The notes beneath the pieces were generated by a model, which was not told the origin of the DNA, ran no database searches, and saw only the letters and a list, made by a program, of their open reading frames with translations. A DNA stretch of 64,000 nt from positions 29,078,001 through 29,142,000 of the forward strand of contig NC_047062.1 of the NCBI RefSeq assembly GCF_902459465.1, written 5' to 3'. This document shows, one piece after another, positions 32,701-52,876 of this stretch (its first letter is position 1; the number at the start of each line of letters is the position of its first letter). The stretch comes from Asterias rubens. Its lineage: Eukaryota. Position numbers and translations under genes: made by a program.

Positions 32701-35582
32701 TTTGGGGGGCTGACTCCGCCTACCCCTTTTGTGACATCAATCGAGGCAGACTTTGCCTGCAATGCGTATAGTAAACACACGTGCAAAGTACATGTACGTC
32801 CAAGTCGTGAGTTGGTACATTTCAAAAAGTGTTTTTCTGCATTCAGCAGCAATACACCTGGTCGATATTGCCGGGAAAAAAAATATATATCTTTTTGAAA
32901 CGTACAAACTCACGACTTGGTCCGTACATGTACTTTGCAATTGTGTTTACTCTACGCATTACAGGTAAAGTCTGCCTCGATTGACGTCACGGACAGCGCC
33001 CTCTCGGGTCGGGTCTACTCTTAAATTTGTAAATACATAAGAACTGATTTTTTTAAACCTCAGTTAACTGTTTATTCACATTCCACTCATCAAAACACAT
33101 ATATTAGTGACAAAGCTTTATTTTGAAAAAATACCACTTCCAGGTGACTTTAAGCATAAGATGACAAGTGAGTGCGCACGTAGTTTTTAAGATATTTTTC
33201 TGTTGATCATGCCCACGTTTTTTATGACAAGAAAACGTTTTTTAAAAACAAAAACAAAAACATTCTTTAAGACGAAAAACATGCGTGCGCGCGTAGACAA
33301 AATTGAAAAAATGGAATAATGAATATGTACGCTCATTTATGGCTCATTTAAATGTGCTAGCATATAGCACATTCAAATTTGCCAATTCCAGGGGTTATGA
33401 TCGAGCAAGGCATGCTGGGAAAAAATGGCGCAGTGAGATCGATCACCCCTGGGATTGAGGTTGTGTTCAGTTAGCCTGGTACTTGAATTTTTTTGTAGTC
33501 TGTCATCAGCATTTTCTAATGTTCGTCTTGTCCTTGTTTCGTGATTATTTTGTAATGTTCATGTATATTTGGTGTGCGTTAACACCATGTGTGTATCTAC
33601 TTGCTGGGTAGATTATGTTCTTTTGAGAACTTGCCTTACTTTCTATTCTACTACAGCGCAGTAGATTTTTTGGAATTTATGAGGCTTCTCTACTACCGTA
33701 GAGTAGATTTTCAGAATTCAGGAGACTTCTCAGTTCTGTAAAGAACTTTCCTTATTAACTACAAACTTGATTGGTGGAAGGTAGAAAATCAGCCGGGACT
33801 ACTAGCTTTAGTGGATCAAGGCTTCTCTTTATTAATTTCACTACCACGGAGTGAGTTCTTAAAGGCAGTGGACACTATTGGTAATTACTCAAAATAATTA
33901 TTATCATAAAACCTTACTTGGTAACGAGTAATGGGGAGAGGTTGGTAGTATAAAACGTTGTGAGAAACGGCTCCCTCTGAATTGGAGTAGTTTTCGAGAA
34001 AGAAGTCATTTTCCACGAATTTGATTCCGAGACCTCAAGTTTAGAATTTGAGGTCTCGAAATCAAGCATCTGAGAGCACACAACTTCGTGTGACAAGGGT
34101 GTTTTTTCTTTCATTATTATCTCGCAACTTCGATGACCAATTGAGCTCAAATTTTCACAGGTTTGTTATTTTATGCATATGTTGAGATACACCAAGTGAG
34201 AAGTCTTGTCTTTGACAATTAGCAATAGTGTCCATTGTCTTTAATTGAACAATTTGACTAGCTTGCTGTAGTCATGGTCAGCAGGAGATGAAAACAAAAA
34301 GAAACAAAGAAAAACTAACTAAGAGTGGGACTTAAGCCTGTGACCTCCAGATTAATGTGCTGGTGCTTTACCAACTGAGCTATCTATTGCCAACATTAAG
34401 GTTGGACTAGCGCAGTTGGTAGAGTACCGGCATGTTAATGTGGAGGTTGCAGGTTCAAGTCCTGCTCCATCCCTTGTTTTCGGTCTCTCTATAAGCCTTT
34501 TTGAGGTATGGCGGACACAATGCTACAACACTGTAAAGTTAGGGTAAATTTGTGCGTATTGACCACAGAAATAGAACGTATGTTATTCAGTGAAGTGCGC
34601 ATTTTAGGCGACGCGGCGTTTACACGTAAACCTAATGACCACCAACATGGTGAGCGTGGCATCAGTCGCGGCGTGTGACGCGTGCGTATCACGTCCGCCA
34701 TACCTCAAAAAGGCTTATTGGGGCTGGATAGCTCAGTTGGTAGAGCGCCGGAACATTAATCCGGAGGTCGTTGGTTCAACTTCCGCTCCAGTCATTTTTT
34801 CTTTGTTCAAACCCATGCAACGAAAATCTTAAGATTAATCTTAGTTCTTTGTGAAACTGGCCCCTGCTACAGTTATAAGAATACCAGTATGTTTTAAATG
34901 TTGTTTATTGTCAACACTTTATGCTTATAATGTGTTTCAGGTTGAAGGAAAAAGTGTATGCTGATAAGAGAATCCGAGAATTCAAGAAAAGTCAGGTAGT
35001 TTGCCCCAGTTTTTACATAAAATACTTCGGCTATGGCTAGGGCACGCGTCTGCTATTCTTCAACACTGACAGACGCGCTGTTCTAGCCATAGCTGTAGCC
35101 AAAGTCGCCAATATGGACACGGCCTTAATAATAGTTACAACATTTATAGAGCGCTTAATACAAATGTTTCTAAGCGCAATAACCAGACGAATCAGATTGA
35201 CAAAACAGATGGGTTTTAAGTAATGGTTTAAACATGTCCAATGAAGGTGCTGCTTGAGTGTGGGTGGGTAGCTTTGGGTGGGTAGCTTGTTCCGAAGTGT
35301 TGGAGCTATGACTGAGAAAGCAAGATGGCCATAGGGTGTCATAGTGCGGGTCCCGAGGAAAGCTGGAAATGAGTGATGGAAGGGAGCAAATGCGTCGGGT
35401 AGCGGATGAAAGTGAATATGAACACAGGGCTAAGAGATCTTGGAGATGTACTAGGGCAAAATTAGAAACAACTTTATACACAAGAAAACAAATTTTGAAA
35501 CAGAAATCGGCGAATGTTTACCTTGATCTTTTTCTTGGTTCCCTCCTTCTCTGGTAACCAGGAACAATCTCTCGAAGGATAA
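26721..35582 (+). CDS. DHRS7: Dehydrogenase/reductase SDR family member 7-like, about 350 aa
   Basis: Exons 26721-26901, 27930-28012, 28967-29140, 30064-30303, 30794-30907, 31926-32107, 34941-34995 and probably 35562-35582 (alternatively read-through to TAG at 35040). N-terminal hydrophobic anchor plus DGDPLL, VAWVTGASSGIG, LILSARR, DILVNNAGRSQRA, YSASK, VCPGPI and MSTERC...EVWI, which are characteristic of DHRS7. The last exon is less certain. Confidence 0.9.
26856..27310 (+). repeat. 228-bp tandem duplication spanning the DHRS7 exon 1 / intron 1 boundary
   Basis: TGGTGACCCC...TTTGGTTCAAG(C/T)GGATGTAAGTTTA...CAATCCACCAC occurs at 26856 and 27082. The donor sites are at 26902 and 27130. Confidence 0.9.
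27476..27838. mobile_element. MITE family D (Kolobok-type), inserted in a family K remnant (27390-27870)
   Basis: TTAA|AGCTATTGGACCCTTTCGGT...CCGAAAGGGTCCAATGGCA|TTAA. Family K sequence resumes after it. Confidence 0.85.
28045..28150 (+). ncRNA. Hammerhead-like motif (28091-28127, non-canonical core) in the loop of an inverted repeat
   Basis: CCT-TCGAGAA-A-GACTA-CGCTT-TGGTC-GAAAT-GTC-AGG. The arms are GCAAAAAATAGTTGATGCCCTGAC and GTCAGGCCATCAATTATTTTTTGC. Activity is unknown. Confidence 0.45.
28364..28728. mobile_element. MITE family D
   Basis: TTAA|AGCCATTGGACACTTTCGG...CCGAAAGTGTATAATGGCT|TTAA. Confidence 0.88.
29638..30014. mobile_element. MITE family A
   Basis: AGGCACTGGACAC...AGTGTACAGTGCCT|TTAA. 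Confidence 0.8.
30403..30600. mobile_element. MITE family H
   Basis: GGGCCCAATTGCATTAAGGCTGTAAGCAC...GCTTAACGGCTTTATAAAAT. Confidence 0.6.
31052..31398. mobile_element. MITE family A
   Basis: AGACACTGGACACTGTTGGTAGTTACTCAAAAT...GACAATTACCAA. Confidence 0.8.
32475..33463. mobile_element. TIR element with a 9-bp TSD (Mutator-like), containing nested family F MITE
   Basis: Ends CAGCCTCGCTACCA...TGGGATTGAGGTTG. The direct repeat TGTTCAGTT lies at 32466-32474 and 33464-33472. A short relative sits at 59142-59295. Confidence 0.82.
32580..33149. mobile_element. MITE family F (Kolobok-type)
   Basis: TTAA|AGTCACCTGGAA...TTCCAGGTGACT|TTAA, with an internal inverted repeat of about 110 bp (32731-32990). 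Confidence 0.85.
33565..34290 (-). mobile_element. Family K remnant split by a family A MITE
   Basis: Colinear with 16092-16390 on both sides of the 33863-34240 insertion. Confidence 0.6.
33863..34240. mobile_element. MITE family A with both TTAA target copies intact
   Basis: TTAA|AGGCAGTGGACACTATTGG...CAATAGTGTCCATTGTCT|TTAA. Confidence 0.9.
34325..34475. mobile_element. Two divergent tRNA-derived SINE heads
   Basis: Minus-strand head at 34325-34390 (ACCAACTGAGCTA on the plus strand). Plus-strand head at 34400-34470 (TAGCGCAGTTGGTAG...GGTTCAAGTCC). Confidence 0.6.
34491..34718. mobile_element. MITE with perfect 26-bp TIRs
   Basis: ATAAGCCTTTTTGAGGTATGGCGGAC and GTCCGCCATACCTCAAAAAGGCTTAT. 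Confidence 0.85.
34722..34794 (+). pseudogene. tRNA-Asn-like cloverleaf (anticodon ATT): tRNA pseudogene or SINE head
   Basis: Acceptor stem GGCTGGA/TCCAGTC, D stem GCTC/GAGC, anticodon stem CCGGA/TCCGG with loop ACATTAA, and a weak T stem. A T6 run follows. Confidence 0.55.
35130..35470 (-). mobile_element. L2 LINE 3' end fragment
   Basis: Frameshifted LQDLL.., YGHLAFSVIAPTLRNKLP and AAPSLDMFKPLLKTHLF. Tail is GCGCTTAGAAACATTTGTATTAAGCGCTCTATAAA..TATTATT. Confidence 0.75.
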
Positions 35583-36309
35583 CCCAGCAACCACCAACTA
35601 TCCTGGACCAGCCAGCCTGGTACACACAGAGCCTGCCACCACAGAGCAACGATCATTCTCCCTGCATTGCTTTGACCATTACAGAGTACATGAACAAAAA
35701 GTAAGTTGCAGAATTTTTTCAGAAGTATCAAAATTTGTTTCATTTAAAAGATTTATATGAGCCAATCTGTATTCAACTTTTTTTAAATTAGACTCTACTC
35801 TGTATAAATTTGAAGACGTGAAGATGGAAAATGATAAAAACCACTCCCTGTATATAATCAAAATAACATGCAACTTACCCTGATTGCCCAATAAAGAAAG
35901 TTGATATTTAAAATTTAGAAATTTGAAATAATTCTGAAGGTTTAATTTTATCAAGAAGTGTATCATACGCTATACACTATGTACTTTTCCAATGCATTAC
36001 TGGGAAAGTGGGTTTAAAGCCCAACAACTCCAAAAACACATCAAACAGGACCCACAAATTTGAGGGACTTTTTTTAAGCTCGTTGATTTGACACAGAATA
36101 ACCGACATCCAAATTGACAAAGTGTGCAAATGTAGAAGTACCTTTCAACGTTTAATATTTACAATCAAACTCACATATAAATATACTTTTGTACGTAAAG
36201 AGAAAGGAAATATACACATGATTTTTATACTTTTGAAAAAATTAGGCACTTCTAAACAAAAATGCTTTAAAAATGACTCAAGAAAACCAAAACTCTCTCG
36301 CCAAAACTC

Positions 36310-36550
36310 TCTCTCAGCTCCCTTGGGAGTATACAGCCCTGAGCTGCCTGCAAGGCGCTTGTGGCTTTTTCATACACAATATCAACCTCTACCCTCGCAG
36401 GTACCTGTTTATACCCCTGGGTGAAGAGAAGCAATTATAGTAAAGTATCTTGCTCAAGGACACAAGTGTCACGACCAGGATTCGAACCCACACTCCGGTG
36501 AATCAGCACCAGAACTTGAATTCGATGCTCTTAACCACTCGGCAATGACA
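36310..36550 (-). mobile_element. tRNA-derived SINE (same family as 52877-53230)
   Basis: CTCAGCTCCCTTGGGAGTATACAGC...AGAAGCAATTATAGTAAAGTATCTTGCTCAAGGACACAAGTGTCACGACCAGGATTCGAACCC. Confidence 0.8.
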
Positions 36551-38060
36551 CTCTACTTAAGGACTAACCTTAAAAGTTTTGAATATCTCCTAGGACCAGT
36601 CCTACCTCTTTGTGAAATGAGACATTTTGGTGCAAAATCAACATGAGAAAACACATCCTTGGTCCTTACACAGCCACAGTTTAACTTGCATGTTTCTATG
36701 GATGGTACAGAAGATTGATTAATATAAATAAGATGCCATACCTGGCCAGTTATATGTTTATTGGTTCAACACTAAAACAGCTGGCCTCGAACTTGTGACC
36801 CGTTGAAAAATCAAGCCCTACACAAACCCTGTTATACATGTACATGTAACTTGTATTTAAAAAGAAAATTCTAACATCTATTAAATGTGTAAAGGATATT
36901 GCTAACATTTTTAGCAATTTCAAACAAAGAGACAGTACTACAGTGTGTAAACTAATGAAAGGAGTTGTAACTCGGGTCATATATTCATGACTAAGATTAT
37001 TGGGGGAATGGGAATATTTATTTAAATACGGTTTTAGTGTTTTCTACAAATGTATTAATGTTAAGTTTTTTGTACTTGACTGTTGAGAAATAATCAAGGA
37101 AAATGTGTTTCTACATGTACATGTTCACTTATCTGGGCTCTGCCAGAGGTTCAATGAAAGAAAATTAAGTAGTATATTTTTGGTAATTGTACAAAAGAAA
37201 ATTTTATATTTTTAAAATGTAATGTGAAAGATCACTGGGTAAAATAAGTTATCCTGAGAAATGCATATAGTACATGTCATCTGGGATTCAGATATTGTTG
37301 GTTACGGACACAGGGTTTCTATGGGTCTTTAAAAAGCATTACAAAAATCTTAAATTGAACTATCCAAGTTTAAGGCCTTTATAATAAGCATTTTCTTTTA
37401 AGTATTAAATTCAGACCTTTTTTGAGGTCTTAAAAAATGGATGAAGCATGTCATGAATCTTCCTATCAGCTCGTAAAGAACTGTATTATGCTGCAACAAA
37501 ATAGCTGTTTTCCCTTTTCTTTATTCACTTTTTTTTGTTCTTGTTAAGGGAAGCATTGAAAAGGTCTTAAAAAGTAAAAGAAATGTGATTTTATGAAAGT
37601 GTACAGATACCCTGTTGTATTCAATATTGCCTAGCCAGGCACACGTTACAAAAATCAAAACACAATTACAAATTTGATCCTACAAAAAAAAAAACCTTCA
37701 TCATTCCATGTCCAAAATTCAAATATAGTCCAGGAATGTAAAGGGTAACAAAGAATAATCTAATAATTTTACAATGGAGAGAGTCCTTAAGAAAATGGCA
37801 GAAACATTTAATGTCTCTACCTCTGGTACTGTTTTACCAATTTAATTGAGGCGGCAGATTTGTACCCTACTTTCATGACATTGGAAAGGCCACCCTGCCT
37901 TGGGTCTGTTTTTCAGCTGCTGTGGGCCAGGAGTTGTTCTAGTTACTAAACCATACACTAATTGAGCCTTAACCAAAACAAAAATACACCCCTGCACAAT
38001 TTTGTGTAAGACGTATGTTTTTGGGATGTTCTTAAATCAGATGAGGACCTTGCATCATAA

Positions 38061-46506
<8,446 letters not shown>

Positions 46507-46667
46507 GATTCAATCCTGTCTGATGCCTTGTAAAGTGGAACTGTTTAAGTCACTCATGTACACGTCACATCCAAATTATTGATACTCATGTCCCCTGTAT
46601 GAAGAAAAAGTAGCACAACGATTATCAATACACATACATTTTCAATGTACTTCCAGTGTAAGCTTAA

Positions 46668-46985
46668 AGGAACACGTTGCCTTGGATCGGTCGAGTTGGT
46701 CTTCGAAAAGCAGTTGTAACCGTTTTTTATAAAAATGCATATGGTTGGAAAGATGTTTAAAAAGTAGAATACAATGATCCACACAAATTTGCCTCAAAAT
46801 TAAGTGGTTTTCCTTTTACTGTGCAAACCAACACAGTCGGCCATTTATGGGAGTCGACTCCCATAAATGGCCGACCGTGCTAGTCGACGAGGTAAAGGGA
46901 AAACCGTGCAATTTCGAGGCATGTTTGTGTGGATTATTGTATTATACTTTTACAACATCTTTCTACCCATATGCATTTTATAAAA
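46668..46985. mobile_element. MITE family B, 3'-truncated
   Basis: TTAA|AGGAACACGTTGCC, with perfect central hairpin CGGCCATTTATGGGAGTCGACTCCCATAAATGGCCG. Confidence 0.8.
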
Positions 46986-49069
46986 AACAAATATATACTG
47001 ATAGTCATATAGCTGCAATTGGACTGTGCGAGCGTTTCAATTAATCCAACACCCACAACAAACTTCATAGTTCCAGGAGTACCTGGAAGCCAAACAAGAG
47101 AAGTCAGATGTCACCTCCCCTGAACTAGACTGGGCCCCTGTCTTTATTTATCCTCAAGGATAAAGACAGGTCCCTGCCGCCTGATCCAGTGATTCTATTG
47201 GATACAATGATATCATTGATAAACATGCAGTGACATAGATGCCCAATCAGTCACTGCTGTCAAGTCCGCAATAGAATTGACAGCGTATCTCTATGTGAAA
47301 TGAGGGTGGGTTAAAGGTGAATATACACGCCGGTCTCGAGGCAGGTCTCTGGCGTTATTCACGAGCCTTGAAGTTTGACGTCAGATGTTTGATGCTACCC
47401 CTGTTTGCATGAATGGAAAGCAATGACTGAGCAATGTTTTTTATGACGGCAACCAGTGTCAGGAATCAACAAAAAAGAGAAGGAAAGATATGATGTTTTT
47501 GTTTATTTATTAATCATGTCAAATTTCCATGCAACTTCGAAAGTTAGATTTTTTGTATTTTGAGTTTGACTTGTCAATTTCAATGTATAACTATTATACT
47601 GCATCATACCATACCCTACTTTTGAGGACCAACCCCACACAAAGCTGTACAATATAAAGTAAATCTAGATGGAAATGCAATGATTTCACGTGTGTCGGAA
47701 ATACACGAAGTAACCCTTTACGGTATGCTGTATTGACATATAGGCGTCTGTATCCAAGTTACGATAAACATCGTTTTTACTCGCGGAGGCAAGACTGACA
47801 ACAAATAAAACTATGAACAGTTCGGTCCAATCATGACATATTAAACTATTCCACGTAATTGCATTTGGTCTTAAATAATTTGGCTTGTATTCCCTTTATA
47901 TACTGACCTCATCCAACACCAAAAAGTCTTCAATAATGATTTTTTCTTGGCTGACCTCTCTCTATTCTCGACAGCGGTCGGTCGACGGGTTTGCGGTGTG
48001 ATTTATCAGTGGAATGTTGTCAACAGAGGGCGGTATTCATAAAACCCCAGCGAGCTCTTTAATTTTTCTCTGCTCTGCGATTGGAAAAGAACACCACACC
48101 CTTTTTGTAAGACGAGCAGAGCAGTATACCTACCAATACAAGAAAACGGGTAAAAACAGTATAAATGTAAAAAAGAAATGTTCTTCATGAGTCTTGCAAC
48201 AGACAATTCATGGGTCTTGCAACAGATAATTGTCGTCCTAAAATGTAAAATTTTAAGTGGAACAAAATTGTGTTTCTCATCAAGAAGAACCTTTGACAAA
48301 TTCAACTTTGGTGCCGTTGTATTTTTGGATATTTTTTTTGCCGGGTGTTTTTCTCCCTTGTGTGTTTAAAAAGCCTTCCAAGGCGTTTTCATGCAGTATA
48401 ATTTCTGAAGATTCCCTCGGAAAGGAAAAAAACTTGTGAAAACAGCTAGGAAAAGAGGGGCGACCTAAAAGTGTATTTCTACAATATTGCCTACAAAATA
48501 AAAAAAGGAATAATAAAGTGAGAGAACAATAAGTTTCTTTGAACAGTTGAAAGAGCAGTTCGGGGTAGCCTATGTCATGTGGGAGGCTATTGCTATAGAA
48601 AACGAACTCTCAGTCAAGAAGAGTGTTTTGGAACAAAAGATGGTATGAAATTGCCAGACGTCTACGAAGAGCTCAAGGTAAGCCTCGTACTCCGTAGTGT
48701 TTGTGTGTTCAAATGAACTGATTTTGGTTTTGAGAATGAGAATGAGATATTATAAACAAGTTACAACAATAAAACAGTAGAGATGTTTTAAAGTTGCCAA
48801 CTTAAACACCACATCGCGTGGCCATTCCGCATCTCATGGTCTTAAAAACTATGTTTGACTAAAGTTGATTTTCAAACATGTTTTATCGTGGTTCCTAGAA
48901 AGGTTAGGTTAGTAGTATGGGTGTGTGGTAATTTTCCCCGTGCTGATCCGTGATCAGAAAGCATCAGTTTTCGTCCTCATGCCGTGTCGTTCCCACCGCT
49001 CGGTTTCAATGCTGCATGGCGCGTTGTGTTTGTGCGCTCGTGGAAAGAAGGTTGACATCAATCGGCAAG

Positions 49070-52000
49070 ATGGCGGCGTCCATGGAGAGATTTGTGACTG
49101 CTGTTAGAAAAAACAAATTCCTAAGATTTGGACTTCCCATGCTGGTAAATCAATTTATTTCTAGGAATATAATTGAGCATTAGATGTTATTAAAAGTATT
49201 ATATAGACAAACTCGTAATGATGTTCCTAAAAATGATGTAAAAATAGATTTCTTTTTAGTCATGATTGTTTAGTTAGTGATCCGGACCACTGTGTCTGTT
49301 GTGGTTGTACACAGTGACTGACAAGAAGTGTACTCACTATTTTTTTTGAAAGAAATTGAAAGAGGCCTAGCTAACACCCTCCCTGGGATTGTCCTCACTG
49401 CTCCATCTGTGATGGCCTTCCGGGAAGGAGTCGAGTAGCTGCTAGCCTTTGAGCAGTGGAAGCTGTTTTTACTTGCACCATCTCCGATCCTGTCTGATGT
49501 CCTGCACAGTTGTATTGCCACCATTCATTTATATTACTTGTACATGTATAGCACTTTTTTTCTTCAGGCTCTTTTGTTAGTCTTGAGGCACTAGTAATTT
49601 CCTACTGCTTGAGCACCAATCAACCACCCTTAGCTTTACGTCCAAACAGTTGTGGACTCTGCTGAGTAAACCAACGTAAATGTAAACGTAGCTGTAGTTA
49701 CTGTAGCGTAGCCAAATGAAGTGATGTAGGCCAGTGGTGTAGATAGTAGTAGTGTACCCACTTTTGTACTAAATTAGTACGACAAAAAGTGTTGTCCACT
49801 CAAGAGTCAATGTCACATGTGTTGAAAAGTTATAAAACTTTATTTTTTTTATGAATGGAAAAATTGTGCGTAACCAACATCCGACTGAAAGGTCTTTTCA
49901 CTTATAAAGCAATTATCATTTTTGAGTAAACAACGTTCATTTTATAATGAATGAAAAAGGGTTAGGGTTAGGGTCGAATAAGGACATTATTTTTACCAAA
50001 CCAGTGCCATCTTACCAAAGTTTACAATACAAACTTGGAATGTGGAAGTGGCATCAGAGGGATCATTGGATGTGACTGTTTATTTCAAACATCAAGTAAA
50101 CTGCCAGGGAAACTGTCATGGTTAATTTGTAAACAATTTGCTAAAGATGTACTGGAGATGGCTAAACCAGTGGTGTGCATTTAGATGGTTGAATTCTAAA
50201 CTTGAGGTCTCAAAATCAAATTCGTGGAAAATTACTTCTCGAAAACTACGTCACTTCAGAGGGAGCCGTTTCTCACAATGTTTTATACTATCAACCTCTC
50301 CCAATTACTGGTTAACAAGTGGAGTTTTATGCTAATAATTATTTTGAGTAATTACCAATAGTGTCCACTGCCTTTAAAGGTAATCTGCAGCCAAACATAC
50401 CCAACTCATTCTCTTAGCAATAAGTGCACAGTGTTCCAAAAACACACAGGACCTAAACTTTAGGCCCTATTCAAAGGACAGAGCAATAATACTTTCTTAG
50501 GACACAAGTGTCAAGACCGGGACTCGAACCCACACTTTGCTGATCTGATCAGACACAGCAGAGCTTGAGTCTAGTGTGCTTGACCGCTTGCCCATGACAA
50601 CCCCAATCCACTACTTCTTCCTTTAAAATAGACAAGTACTTGCCTCTTAGAAAACCCTTCAAAAGTACCTTATACATGTAGTTTTGTTTAATAATAATAT
50701 GCATTTCATCAATTCCAACATAATTAATTTCTTTGTTTATTACAGGTTCTTGTTGTTGGAGGGTCGTTTGGATTGAAGGAATTCAGAACATTGCGATATG
50801 ATATTATCGACAAAAGAAAAACAGTAAGTCGTTCTGATAGTAAAAATTACATGTTTCTGTTTAAATGATTTTGGCACAAAAAACACAAATCTGTAAACAT
50901 CCTAGAAATTATTTAGAAAGTTAATTCAAACCTTCAAAATTATTTCCATAGGTTGATCCGGAAACAGAGGAAAGGATGAACGCAAGAAGGAAGAAAGAAA
51001 AGGTCACGGTCGAAGGAGAATTTAAGGTTGGTCATTTTTTAACTTGTACAGTGGTCCAAATGCTTGTTGAAACACCTGAGGACCAGTAACACTGTCCAAC
51101 TGGTCCGGCTGGCTAGTTTAAAGCCATTATACACTTTTGGCACAGAAAAAAAAAAAGTTCACAGATTTACAAATAACTTACAGGGTTTACAGAATGTAAT
51201 GGTAAAAGACTTCTCTTGAAATATTATTCCATAAAATGCTTTTTACTTTTTGAGAAAACATTGAAACAATTATCAATTCTCGACATCGAGAATTACGGAT
51301 TTATAGTAGGTAAACACATGCCATGACACGGCAAGAGTGGGTTTTCCCGTTATTTTCTCCCGACTCCGATGACCGATTGAGCCTAAATTTTTACTGGTTT
51401 GTTATTTTATATATAAGTTGTGATACACGAAGTGTGGGCCTTTGGACAATACTGTTTACCGAAAGTGTCCAATGGCTTTAATGCTGCCCACCGCTGCATG
51501 TAAACTACTGATTGTTCATATTGCCTCATTAAGACCCTAAAAAAAGTTAAAATGTTTGTAGGTTACCTTGGGTTCGTTTTTCAGTTGTAACCAGTAGCTG
51601 TTTCGGTTGAACTTGCCATCGTTTGATCACTGGCCATTGACCAAAACAGTTATTGGTTTTATGACCGCTAAAACGCACCTCTTAACAAGGCTCAAGTTTG
51701 ACATCAAACTGCAGGCCAGAGGCCAGTGGTTTTTGCCCCAGGCCAGTGAACTCATGACCTGACAAGTCAGGCAATCTTTTTCAACTTGAATAATTATATG
51801 TTGTATAATATCTTTAACAGGAGGGAAATGATTTTCAATTATTTACTACCAGTCTGGTAAATACAACTGGGTTTTCAATCCCTACTTGACTGCGTGGGTT
51901 TTCTCTGGAACAAATCTTTGGGGTTTTCTTCCCACATCTATAAACTGAAATTTCTTCATTGTCTTCACTTTTAGTTTGGCTCTAATAAGAGCGTTGAGAA

Positions 52001-52267
52001 TATGTCCAGATCCAGATTCTTTTATCGATATTGGTGTATCCAGAAGAGGTCTCATTCTTAAAATCACAATAATGTTAGAAATAATCTTTCTATACCATGT
52101 TTTAATCCCTTGCTTCTTGTCTTGGCCAGAAAATGGAGGAAGGAGATCTGGACACTTGGCATAACATCCGAGGACCACGCCCCTGGGAAGACTCTAAAGA
52201 ATATCAAGAAATGGCACGAGAAAACATCAGGAAACAGCAGGAAAAGAAAGTGGAAATATCAAATTGA
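49070..52267 (+). CDS. COX16: Cytochrome c oxidase assembly protein COX16, 121 aa
   Basis: Exons 49070-49144, 50746-50823, 50952-51026 and 52130-52267, all phase 0. Translation KNKFLRFGLPML|VLVVGGSFGLKEFRTLRYD...W HNIRGPRPWEDS contains the COX16 signature NIRGPRPWE. Confidence 0.95.
50165..50373. mobile_element. MITE family A, partial
   Basis: GAGGTCTCAAAATCAAATTCGTGGAAAATT...CCAATAGTGTCCACTGCCT|TTAA. Confidence 0.75.
50500..50600 (-). mobile_element. SINE head fragment
   Basis: GGACACAAGTGTCAAGACCGGGACTCGAACCCACAC...GAGCTTGAGTC. Confidence 0.65.
51122..51477. mobile_element. MITE family D
   Basis: TTAA|AGCCATTATACACTTT...CCGAAAGTGTCCAATGGCT|TTAA. Confidence 0.88.
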
Positions 52268-52876
52268 TTATACTTTAGGATCGAGTTCGGGTGGTGTGTA
52301 CTTGGATACTCAAAAGCACTAGGATTAATGTTCATGTATCTTCCATCCAAACGATGATGATGTAGCACCGTTTGTGCAGTGTTGTTCTCGACTGATCCTT
52401 GCTGGAAGATGGTCCTGTTCCGAGGGCATTGTTCTCGGGTCGTGTTCTCATCATTCGTGCGTGTGAACAGCTCACTCGGGCCAAGAACACACCGCCCAAA
52501 CTCACCCAAAGAGTCAGCTCTGATGGACATAATATGATGCATTGTTCACCAAACCATGTTTTTCCAGCTTGGACGCACTACTCTTGTGCATATGTGGCAC
52601 ATAGGTTTTTCTGCGTCATGCTGGCTCTTTGTGTATTGCATCAACTTCATAGGTTGGTGAAGATGTTTAACAATGACAAGTTAATGCTAGGCACAGTGCA
52701 TGGGATTGCATGGAAGAGTGCCCAACCCAGTTGAGGATTGGATGTTTTTGTATTATTGTATATATCTGATAATGAAACCAAGGATGTTTCATAAGCGAAC
52801 TTAATCACTGACACTCACATGCCTGAGGAAACCTGTAAACAAGGGTGCTTGCGATGTGAACCAGAAACACGGGGGT

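Noticed and set aside
49957-49975. Telomere-like GGGTTAGGGTTAGGG
   Set aside because: Only about two units, which is expected by chance.
52300-52750. Coding-looking block downstream of COX16 (ORFs 52204..52542 and 52399..52734)
   Set aside because: No recognisable motif in any frame, multiple stops and no credible exon boundaries. It may be UTR or a decayed transposon.
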